Assembly (NCBI GenBank): GCA_949358305.1 | Contig: OX442314.1 | Span: 25,110,001 to 25,174,000 of the forward strand | Length of the DNA stretch: 64,000 bases | Source of the DNA: Strigamia acuminata | Lineage: Eukaryota | Reading direction: 5' to 3' | Shown: one piece after another, positions 25,907 through 36,345 of the stretch | Layout of the letters: each line of letters opens with the position of its first letter | How positions within the stretch are numbered: the stretch's first letter is position 1 | The notes under the pieces: generated by a model | Told to the model about the DNA's origin: nothing | The model's database searches: none | The model's input: the letters and a program-made list of their open reading frames with translations, nothing else | Made by a program: the position numbers and the translations under genes

Positions 25907-28900
25907 ATGATGGTACTGCAGCTAGATGCTTGGACCAAGTACTTGATAGTACTGTGCTGTGTTGGGCTGGTAGCAATTACTGCGGTTGTTGTGGTCTGCT
26001 TTGTTAATCCGTTTTGCCCTATAAATCGTGTTGTCAACCGCGATGTTGAAAAGCACAAGAAAAGTGGTAAGTTTTGGATGTAGTGATGTAAATAACTATT
26101 GTAATGGTATCTAGGAAACGTACCGTAAATCCTCTTATTGTGCACTCGCGCACTATCGGGAAAATAAAATCTATCTTGCACTTCATAGAGATTCGCGAAA
26201 AATGAGAGGATTTACGGTGTTTAAAGAAAAAGAGAACAGAATGGAAATTGAATCCGTGCTAGTGGTCGTGCATAGTTATTCACCAATAAATATGTAACAA
26301 ATCAAGTAATATCGGAAGCAACATAAATATTGTCAAACTTTTGTGTGCTAATAACTTGTAAAGCTAGGTTTACACTTGTGTTCACACTAGGGGCGACGCA
26401 ATGCAATGCATGGAAAAATTAGTATAACACAACACAGAGTCTGTTCACACTGTAGGGCATGTGTGAACAGAGCTGAAACAATTGATGTTATGTTTGGCCA
26501 ATCAGATGGTTTCAATGATACCTGGAATTGGATCTAGTTCTAGAACTGGTTCCGGAATCCGAAAATGGCGTCCTGTTTGCATGTGGCAAAGTCTCGCCAA
26601 CCAGACGTGAATCAACAAGAGTTGGAGTTGATCGTGATTGGATGGCCGCAAGATCTTTCCTTGCGATGCATCGCTTACTTCAACTTGGAGTTGAAGCAAG
26701 AATTGGCGTCAACGTCAAGAGTTTTTGGACGCAAGCAGCTTGCATTGCGTCAGTTTTCTTGCGTTCCGTCTAGTGTGAACACAAATGTGAACCTACCATA
26801 ATGTGCATCTGCACAGTGAAATGATATTATAGGACAAAACCCACTTATAATTTATATCTTCAACTGAAAACTTTTGAAGTTATGTCCAAAGAAAAGTCAT
26901 AGCGGCTTTGGCACAAAATAGAAAGAATTCAATTTAAAGGCGAAGATTAAATGCACTCAGACGAACAAGGCAGCCACCTAGGGCCACGTGCTTACACCCT
27001 TGCACACTGGCGACCCGGTATATAGCGATTGAGAGTCAGTTGGGACCAGATACCCCTAGGAGTAACTTTTAGCAGACTTGTCAAAAAACTTGAGCTGTCA
27101 CTGCCCTTGCATCATTCTCATGCTGGTGCCCTCACTTTGTGTGCAAACTCCCGCACCCTGCTTGCACTTTTGTCATCTAGGGCCACCATTGCATTTAATG
27201 AACAATTTGAGTGTAATGAGTCATAGTTTTACTCTCTTGGGTACTAAAACAACAATCATTGCCATACAGGAGTGAAAAATTACTACGCAACATGGAGTCT
27301 GTGATTTAGTAGCCATTTTTTCGCAACGTAATGCTTGTTAGTTTGATTTCTTTCACTCTGTTTCGCTTTGTGTCCCAGTTAAGGCGTGGTGAGTGCAAAC
27401 TGAGCAGCGGAATTGCCTCGCTGCATGAACAATTCTGTTGGAATCCCTAGGCGACGAAATGAACTGACCACTCTAGTTCGCTTCTGGAATCTAAATGGTG
27501 GCTTGGATTTCAGTAATCAAAGTTTTTAGAATTGTATTCTTTTTGTTTTTTAGGTAAGAAGGAGAAAAAGCCGAGCTTTGGCGTAGCAGAATTTGGAGAC
27601 CCAGTTGAATTGACTAAACTTAATGCAAAAGTGCATACTAAATATGGAAGTCCTTTGCCTTCCTATTACGCTCCAGGTTTTGATTTAAAATATCCACCAC
27701 CGACGACAGTGTATGGAAAACGTTTCTACGCCAACACTACAACTGATTCTTGCTACAGTAGCATGAGTCCAACTACTGAGGGTGGTTCAAGACCCACGTC
27801 ACCTGTTTCAAACATAGTGAGAATTTGTTTGTTTGTTTGTTTGTTTGTTTGTTTGTTTGAAAGCTCAATGATTCAATTTTAAATGTATTTTTATTAGGTC
27901 GACGAAATGGATACTTCATCCACCAATTCTCCACCAAGCTTAACTGAATCTGACCTAAGTCAATTTTATGGAAGTCTATCAGTTGTTTTGAAGTATTCAC
28001 TCTTGGAGGAGTCCAATACAGGACAATTAGTTATTAATTTAGGGGTGATTAGGATAGTTATTGTGATAAAAGTTTACGGAGTTATTTAATGTCTTGGTAA
28101 ATATTTGTTTTAGGATGCACATAATCTTCCTGGACGAGAATATTCTATTTCTACGTGTGATCCTTTTATTCGAGTCGTTATCTTGAAAGCGAGAACTCGT
28201 TTAAGAAAATCACGGTCACATTATATGATTTTATCCGAGTTTCAATCATCAACGGTTAGACGAACAAGACATCCGTCTTTTAAGGAGAGTTTCACCGTGG
28301 AATTAACAAAAACTGACATCAAAGTAAAAAATATTTTAAATAGCAAGTGTCCACTGACAGAAAAAATGCTTTGTTTCAAAATGCCTATTGATAGGTAAAA
28401 ATTAAAGTATTCGTAGTCATTGGCAGGGCTGGACTGGGTACAAATTTAGTATCGGGAAATCTGGATGGGTCGGGCCACAGGGACGGGCCGTATTGGGCCT
28501 GCCAAGGGCCATCGGGCCACAGGGACGGGCCGTATTGGGCCTGCCAAGGGCCATCGGGCCACAGGCCACCGGGAATTTTCCCGGTAGCTTGCCAGGTCAG
28601 TCCAGCACTGGTCATTGGCATAGCAATCGGATTTGCAGTGCATGCGTGGACATAGCCTGGGAGGCTCATTGAGGATGAAATGAGACTTTTTTGACTTTTG
28701 GAGGATGGAAATTCTATCTACGGCTTTACTAAAAAGCCAATCAACCCAACTTGCTCACAGTTCCATTGATTTCTTGCTATATCACTGCTCGTTTAAATTT
28801 TCTGCTTACAAAGGAGAGTTTTCTCAGATACGCCATGTTACATTTTTTCTTGTCTGTGGACGTGGTGACCATCGATGGTGTCAAAATAAACTGGTCTTTT

Positions 28901-30638
28901 AGACAGTTAATAATCCAACAGAGGTGGTTGCCATCACTGTGCTTGTTACTGGTTAATTTGTTAATGCTTTTATTACATCTCTGCAGGAATGTGCGTTGAA
29001 ATTTTTAATCTTCGATCGCGATAAATATGTAAACCCATCACAAATAGCCGAAGTAATGTGCCCTTTAACAGAACTTAGTTTGCAAACTGCTCCAGCTGGA
29101 ATTCCACTCTCTTTGGAACTTCAGGAACCACACCAGAATAATGGAGAGCTTCTGATTGGACTTAGTTATTTACCAACGTCTGAAAGACTTTCTATCAATG
29201 TTCTTCGAGCGATGAATCTAAAATATGAAATTGTAACCACAAACGTTGAAAGTTTAAGTAAGTTCTGTTTGGCCCACACAGCATTTTGATGGACAGTCGT
29301 GGTCATAAAAATCGTCCCAGTTCAGCTTGAAACTCAGCAGAATGAGTATTTTCAGCTGTATCCACCAGGTAGTCCAAAAACACACTAGGTGCGTTCAATC
29401 TTAAATGGATTTCTTTGTTTTCTTGATTTCGGGAGACCGGAAGTGACGATTTTTACGTCATAAAATCAAAATTGGATTTCCAAAATCCATTTACGATTGA
29501 ACGCATCTACTGATTTGTTGTAAAAAGTTGACATTTAAATGATGTCACTTAATCACCTTCACATCATGGGTTTAGATGATTGTGTAACATCATTGAAATG
29601 TCAATTTGTCACAACATATCAGTAGGTTTTTGGCTCTATTCAAAACCGCCACTTTTTATCACAACTACAATTTTTGTTTTTCATTCATCACATTATACTC
29701 AAAACCACTCCAAGGTTGATCTATTTCACTGGTGTAGTGGCACAAAAAAGTAGTCCAAAACACCAGAATTGTAATCGAACTCCAGACATTGTGCTCCATT
29801 ACCAACATTGTCAAAGTTGATGCTTTGTCACAGAACTACTTTTCCACGTAGTAGAACACAGTACAAAGTTAGGCGTAAACAGGCTAAATAGTTCAACCTT
29901 GGAGTGGTTTTGAGTATAGTTTAATGTAACGAACGTGTCACTAACCCAAAAAGAAAATGCAAAAGGAAGGAAAGTGACCCGATTGCTATCTTTTGCAAAA
30001 GTATCTTTTGGATGTCGTATTCTAAGTCATTATTGGTGTCCAAAAGAAAGAAAATGAAAGATTTGTCTTTCCTATTGCAAATTGGACGCCTACTGATTTT
30101 GGTTCCAAGTATTAAAAAGGATGGAGTGCACTAAAACAATTGCTTAGATCTGTAGCCGGCCCTATTTTGGATACAATATCCTTATTTTTAATATTTATAT
30201 TTAATATTTATAACCAAAAGACGTTTGGGGATATTCTAGTGCTGTGAGGGTGTTTTGTTGATAATACTATATATTCGTTTTATTTAATTATTTTTAGATG
30301 CTGAAGTTCGAGTTTTACTTTTGGCCAGTGGAAAGCTAATCAAAAAGAAGAAGACTCCAACAGTGTGTGGAAGCAATAGTCCTAATTACGATTGCAGCTT
30401 GTCTTTCGATATTCCATTAATAGACTTGAATCAAGTTGTCTTTATTGTCGCTGTTGCTCATCGAGCTGAAGCAGTTTCAGAATCTGATGACAGTTTACGT
30501 GGAAAGCCGAGTCGTCACGGTAGTTACATTGGAAAGGTGTTTTTAGGATCACCGATACAATCACAGTCTAGAAGCCACTGGCAGGCCATGCTTACATCAC
30601 CAAGACAACAAGTTTCCAGTTGGCATGTATTGAGATAA
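25907..30638 (+). CDS. Synaptotagmin-like protein (N-terminal TM anchor, linker, tandem C2A/C2B); probably an atypical, weakly Ca2+-binding subtype
   Basis: Exons ~25905-26066 (TM LIVLCCVGLVAITAVVVVCFV), ~27554-27816, ~27899-28044, ~28114-28323 (AHNLPG...CDPFIRV...TRHPSFKESF), ~28988-29257 (FDRD; GELLIGLSYLPTSERLSI), ~30298-30638 (KKKKT...HWQAMLTSPRQQVSSWHVL). Confidence 0.85.
26123..26218. mobile_element. Tiny CCGTA-terminated MITE remnant
   Basis: TA-CCGTAAATCCTCT ... AGAGGATTTACGG, 13-bp TIR. Confidence 0.6.
26367..26793. mobile_element. Non-autonomous DNA transposon, TIR GGTT(T/C)ACA.TTGTGTTCACACTAG
   Basis: ~23-bp TIRs, TA adjacent on both sides; second partial copy at 14366-14709. Confidence 0.8.
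27318..27475 (+). repeat. Interspersed repeat, partial copy of the 32290-32500 element
   Basis: Shared AATGCTTGTT.GTTTGATTTCTTTCACTCTGTTTCGCTTTG...CCAGTTAAGG...GACGAAATGA. Confidence 0.75.
28424..28610. mobile_element. hAT-type MITE with 8-bp TSD GTCATTGG (same family as 21151-21246)
   Basis: CAGGGCTGGACTG...CAGTCCAGCACTG; GTCATTGG at 28416-28423 and 28611-28618; internal 42-bp tandem duplication. Confidence 0.9.
29388..29507. mobile_element. TA-flanked MITE (GGTGCGTTCAATC TIR) inserted into the left arm of an older hairpin element spanning ~29372-29635
   Basis: ~25-bp TIR; flanks CCAAAAA..CTA[insert]CTGATTTGTTG pair with CAACATATCAGTAGGTTTTTGG. Confidence 0.75.
29698..29914. mobile_element. 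TA-flanked MITE, CTC...GAG family, TIR CTCAAAACCACTCCAAGGTTGA
   Basis: Near-perfect ~29-bp TIR, TA both sides. Confidence 0.88.
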
Positions 30639-30871
30639 TTGTGAAAACTGGACTTGGAAGAAAAATATAACAAAAAAAAATTGTATGTTTGTAGTTAGGA
30701 TTTTATTTAACTAGCGAAATGTACGCACTCTAACTGAGGTTGTGAAATTTAGTTCTTTCTTGGTTTGATTAATTTTATATTGTGTAAAATAAGTTTGGCA
30801 TTTGTCATATTTGGTAAATTATTTTTCGAGTTACAAGTGTACATTGGCACTGAATTGAGGCTTTGTGTATA

Positions 30872-31284
30872 CCGTATATCTGCGGTTAGTACGCGGGCCT
30901 CTAATAGCCCGCGGACCTCAAATTGCGCGCGGGGCAAATTATATTTTGGCCAATAACACGCGGGCCTTGAATTGCGCGCGGGCACACAATTGGAGGCCCG
31001 AAATGTGCCAAAAAAGGATGACAAATGACACGTTTTTCATACGTTTCGGCAGAAAATTACCGAAACGTGTGGAAATCGTTTCAATTGTCACACCTTTTTA
31101 GTGTTTTTCGTTGCCAATACGTTCAAAAAACCCACCATCGGCCAGTCGGCCGATGCTGGGTGGAAATAGCCCGCGGGCCTGTAATAGCCCGCGGGCCTGT
31201 AATAGCCCGCGGGCCTCTAATACCACGCGGGTCAAAATATTTTTTTGCAAATAGCGCACGGGTGCGCTATTTACAGATATACGG
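30872..31284. mobile_element. TA-flanked MITE, TIR CCGTATATCTG, with 18-bp subterminal repeats (AATAGCCCGCGGGCCTGT)
   Basis: TA-CCGTATATCTG ... CAGATATACGG-TA. Confidence 0.82.
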
Positions 31285-31854
31285 TATTTCGTAATGGACG
31301 TAGGAATGTAAATGCACTTGCAAATCGAGAAATAAGACATAGGATTTAAGAATACGATGTATATTATAAACATTTTTGTAAAGATATAACTGACTGTTGT
31401 TGTGGGATCACAAATCATGATGAAATATTAAAATGTTTTATTTATATATTCAAATTTGTTTTAAAGTGTACATATCTATTGTCCTGGTGAAAAACAAATA
31501 AAATCAAACCGATTTTCTTTTTAGGTTATCTGTTTATCGATTTTTCTTTATATTTGATTTGCAATTCGAAATTTCACTTCCCAGCAGTATCCAAAGTGCT
31601 CCAAATTGCCACCAGATGGTGCTAATGCGCATTCACATCCGCTGTAAACATCCGGTTTGTCATGGTATATTTCCAGCTCGATGTATCCGCCACTTTTGAA
31701 CTTCATTTTTCCATTATGCGGAAGTTTACAAAACATCTCAAGTGCCTTTAAAGGACGATGTGCAACCCTACTTTACGAGGATGCACCGTGTGTTATCTAA
31801 ACAGGAAACAAAACATGTTATTTTTATTTATATTTACGTTTTTCTCCCCTTTAG

Positions 31855-32926
31855 AGTCAAGGATTCATTGTGTCTGCAGTGCGCCGTCACTTCCGCCAGT
31901 CAAGACGAATTAATAACTTACATCACACCTAAACCATTCACCAAACTACCGATAGGTGTCCACGGGATGCCAAATGCTGCAGCGAACACGATGAAAAACA
32001 TCAAGTTTCTGTATTTTACAAATGTCGAAGAAATTCGCAATTTTCTGGCCGATATTAAACAACCGTTTCCGAGTTTAATCGTTTTAGACCGGTTAGATTT
32101 TTACCTCGCACAATTCGGGGTAACGAGAAATAAAAATGTCAAATTTGGACATTGAAATGTCGATGTTTTCTTAGGATAACGATTGGGATTGTGAGGTCGC
32201 AAAATTACTAGCTCTTTTAATCGATACGTCACATTTCATCGGCGAGCAAAGGTAATAAGGATTTCCTGCGGGATTGTGCAGCTCAAGTTTCCAGTCCTGG
32301 TTCCAGGGTTCGATCATTTCTTCGCCGTTTTTTCGTAACGAAATGCTTGTTGGTTTGATTTCTTTCACTCTGTTTCGCTTTGGGTGTTCCAGTTAAGGTG
32401 CGGTGAGCGCAAATTGAGCAGGGCACTTGCCCTCCTGCATTAATAATTTAGTTAGGATTGATCGGTGACGAAATGACATGGCCCGACCTCTTGGTTCCTT
32501 GGGATCTGTCATGTATTTGAATAATTTTTTTTAATCAGATTGTACGCGGGAATTTGATTTTGTTGCAGAGGTCAAACGTGTCCTTTGGTGGCAACTTATG
32601 CAAATGAGGATTGTACGAGTAAAAAGAATATATGGAAATTGTTTTTCACGCATCTATGGACAGTTCAGTGTAGGTATTTTGTCGGGAAATAGATTTAAAT
32701 CGTTAAAAATTGTATTTTTATTTTAGATCTTGAAGCGGAAAAGAAATACAATCTGAACATCAGTGGATTTGAGAATTTCGAGTTTAATTATAAAATAAAA
32801 TTTTATTTAAAAGAAAATCAACTGTTTTTGGACAAGTTATACGAAATAAACGAATTTTTGGCTTATTTTGCATATTTTTACCACATTTTCAGTTTTGTGA
32901 GAGAAAAAAACCGGTTCGGATATTAG
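31855..32926 (+). CDS. SWSAP1: SWSAP1-like RecA/RadA-fold ATPase (Shu complex); first exon and start unresolved
   Basis: Exons ~31855-32119 (ITYITPKPFTKLP..HGM...IKFLYF...PSLIVLDRLDFYL), ~32175-32251 (AKLLALLIDTSHF), ~32569-32669, ~32727-32926; motifs recalled from SWSAP1; Walker A looks degenerate. Confidence 0.65.
32290..32500 (+). mobile_element. Possible tRNA-derived SINE in the SWSAP1-like intron
   Basis: B-box-like GGTTCGA near 32306 followed by the body shared with 27318-27475. Confidence 0.45.
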
Positions 32927-33374
32927 CTCAAATTCTTCCTCGGCAGACATTAAACCGGAAGTATTGCAACTGTCAAATATGACGCTTGCATTATAAGTCA
33001 CCATAGCAACACGTGCATGACGAGACATCTAGTGTTTGAATGGCTCGGCTCGTTCTTTCTGAATAATTGTGTACATTTCGGAGTTTGGAACTAAACTTTC
33101 TGAAGCTGTGGAAAAGAGAATTTAAAGTGAGAACAAACGGTTTTAAATGCAAAAAGTGTGCATGCGTGTGCTTCAAACGGTGCATTTAATTAATTAAGTT
33201 GATAATTTTTTTAGAATTTTAACCTTTTTGCCGGTTGTTACTTTTATTGGCCCATTTTTAGGCTTATTGTGCAAAAGAACAACTGGAATTTTTTCCACCC
33301 CAATCAATTCCTTCATATTTATAACACAAAACATTCCCCTCAATTAAAATAAAACCTATTATTATTACTTTAAC

Positions 33375-33408
<34 letters not shown>

Positions 33409-33474
33409 GAAAATTTTATTTTTTTTTCGAAATCTTTAACATTTAAAAATTTTCAATATTTCTACAGAATCGGA

Positions 33475-35099
33475 ATGTCAACCGACATGGACACCAATAG
33501 AAAAGGCAAGGTAAGTACTAAAACCCGAAATCGAAAGCAAAACTCGAAAATGACGCCATTTTAATTTTAATGATTCCAGCTCCAGATGGATTGCGAGCTC
33601 GAAACAAAAGTAACTCGCAGAAACTAGACAATAAGTTGTCGGGTATCTAAACGAACGATTTGTGCATTAATTGTTTGATTGTTTGCCAGCCCCCATGTCC
33701 GCCAACCCCATGTCCACCAACCCCATGTAGCCCCAGACCGATGGAATGTATCAAAATAGAAGCTCACAAGTGTAAAACCGCTGGTTCGGCCATAGTTGGT
33801 TGTGGTATGAACGGCAATACTCCGGGGTTCTGGGAGAGCATGAAACCTACCGGGGATTTGATGTATGCATTTGGGTTTATCGCATTTCCGCATCTGGGTG
33901 GCATTGGAGCTGCCGTAGTTATCAATAAAGAGATTAGCGAGTGGTACGAAGGAGTAAGTACAAGTAGAAGTAGAAGAGAAAATGGAAATTGAAGAGGTTT
34001 AAAAGTGACCGTTTGTTCGTTTTCTTGTAGAATGCTAAAAAACCGAGTTGGACGCCACCAAGCTGGGCCTTCGCTCCAATCTGGACGGCATTGTATTCAA
34101 CTATGGGATACGCATCGTACTTAGTTTGGCGCGACGGCGGTGGATTTTGTTACGGGCGAGCGAAAGGGCCTTTACTTCTCTATGGAACCCAACTAGCTCT
34201 GAACTGGGCATGGCCGTATATTTTCTTCAAGTCGCATAACTTGGGCGCAGTAAGTTTAGTCTACTAGTACTAGTTGTACTTGTATAGTGACATTGTTTTG
34301 TGTTTTGTCTTTGCAGGCGTTGACAACTGCTGGTGCGCTGTGGTTTTTCGTTGCTGCAACAACATGGGCTTTCTGCCCAATCAATCAAGCAGCTGGTTGT
34401 CTTATGATGCCATATCTACTGTGGGTGACATTCACTGGGGCAATTAATTTCAAAATTTGGCAGGATAATGGTGAAGATGACGGCGACTCTGGCAGCCAAA
34501 AAACCGGCGGAAGCCAAAAATCGAGCCAAAAGACCGGAAGCGGGAGCCAGAAAACCGGATCTGGATCCGGATCCGGGAGCCAGAAAACCGGAGCCGGGAG
34601 CCAGAAAACCGGAACCGGGAGCCAGAAAACCGGAGCCGGAAGCCAGAAAACCGGAGCCGGGAGCCAGAAAACCGGAGCCGGGAGCCAGAAAACCGGAGCC
34701 GGGAGCCAGAAAACCGGAACCGGAGCTGGGAGCCAGAAAACCGGAGCCGGGACCCAGAAAACCGGAGCCGGGAGCCAGAAAACCGGAAGCCAAGCAGGCG
34801 ATGGCTCTCCGAGCCGGGGCGGCAAAAGCGCCACTCAGGGCGGCGGGTCGAGCCGGGGCGATGCGAGCCAAGCTGCAAGTCGCCCCAGTCAAGGCGCTGC
34901 GAGTCGCCCGAGCCAAGGTACTAAACCAGGTAGTCAAGCGCCTGGCAGCCAAGCTGGTAGTAAGGCGGCGACTAATGCGGGCGGCGAGAGCGGTGAGGAG
35001 GGAGATGAAGGAGATGAGGAGTTGGAAGAAGAAGAAGAAGATACCGCAGCAGGAACGATTGGCCCGAACCAAATTGGTACCGATGACTCAAAAATATAA
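33475..35099 (+). CDS. TSPO: Translocator protein (TspO/MBR family) with long N- and C-terminal extensions
   Basis: Exons 33475-33510, 33580-33609 (less certain), 33690-33953, 34031-34249, 34317-35099, all phase 0; WY...[51 protein letters not shown]. Confidence 0.9.
34490..34790 (+). repeat. Coding 21-bp minisatellite (GGGAGCCAGAAAACCGGAGCC) encoding (GSQKTGA)n
   Basis: About 13-14 (S/T)QK units within the TSPO last exon. Confidence 0.95.
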
Positions 35100-35850
35100 A
35101 ACGATTTTCCACCGACATTTTACGATTTTCTCTTTTCTTTTGAGATTAAAAGTGAACACTGACGATATTTAAAGAATTGAAACATTTTGCCTTTTGGATT
35201 TCCGATGCCGAGCCGTAAAATTATTCCGCAAGAATTTGCTATGTATTGAAAGTCGAGTAAATTGCTTCAAGTTTGTGCCGTGTATACAATAGCAGTACGA
35301 ATCGATTATTTCTGGCAATTTGAAAACCATGTTTAGAAAATTTTATGTCGAGTTATATCAAATAATGTGCCATGATATGAAGAAAGGAAAAAATTGATTT
35401 TTAAAAATATAAACGGTCAAATTTATAAGAAAAAAAATAGCATTTTTTTATGTTTTATGAAGAAGTAATAATTAAAAATTGTATAAAAAAAAGATGAAAA
35501 ATTTTATTGAATTGACTTTTTATTTTATTCTTTATTTCATTTTTTTTTTTTACTTTTTATTTTTGTTTAATTACTGGCAGCTACACTCGATCTCATGTTT
35601 TACAATTACAAATTTACAATGAATAAATCTAATTTCGGTGGATAATAACTTTTCTATCATTTATTTCACACAACAATTTATTTTTCAATCACTAAACAAT
35701 AAACATTCGACTCATGTAAATCGCCATTTCAAAAATGTTGAGCCAAACAAACACCAGATGTCTCTAAACCACTCGTTACTATAGTGATTTCTAATGCCGA
35801 AATTCGATTGGACGATCCCAACCGGTCCCAAACTCACATAAAAACCGCAT

Positions 35851-36000
35851 TGCGCATGCGTCAAGTTTTAGGGAGGATTACTTCCGGTATAATGTCAGTC
35901 GCTTTGGAGTATGGTTGTTGACCCAACATGTTTTGAACCAGGAAATCAGCGCTTTAACTCCGTATTATTGGTGTGTGCTTTCTAATGGCGATGGTATTAG
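35851..36000 (+). promoter_or_regulatory. Housekeeping-type promoter and non-coding first exon of USP6NL
   Basis: NRF1/ewg-type TGCGCATGCG 35851-35860, ETS-type ACTTCCGG 35880-35887, donor AG|GTAAGA at 36000/36001. Confidence 0.5.
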
Positions 36001-36345
36001 GTAAGACACTCGTAATCATTGTCTTTTTAATCGGATTCAAAGGCGGGAAACGAGTTGAATGGGCCTGTCTTGGAACTGTGCATAAACTATGCATAATGGT
36101 TGTTGTTGTTCAAGCTTCACGTATTCGCATTTTATTCGTCGTTTTGTGAGTTTCGCTTCTCGAAAACTATTTTAATTCATTTATAAATTGAATTTTTAGT
36201 TCACTAATTTATTTTTCGAAGGATTTTTTGTATTTTTGTATTTTTAATTAGTTTTTATTCATTTTTTTTTTAATTTTTAGGTCAACTGAACTGTGTATCA
36301 TCAGATACGAGGAATTATAAATATTAGATTGCCAACACTGATAAT

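Noticed and set aside
34385..35172. Long alternative-frame and antisense ORFs over the TSPO tail
   Set aside because: Expected from a GC-rich 21-bp stop-free repeat; only one frame continues the TSPO core
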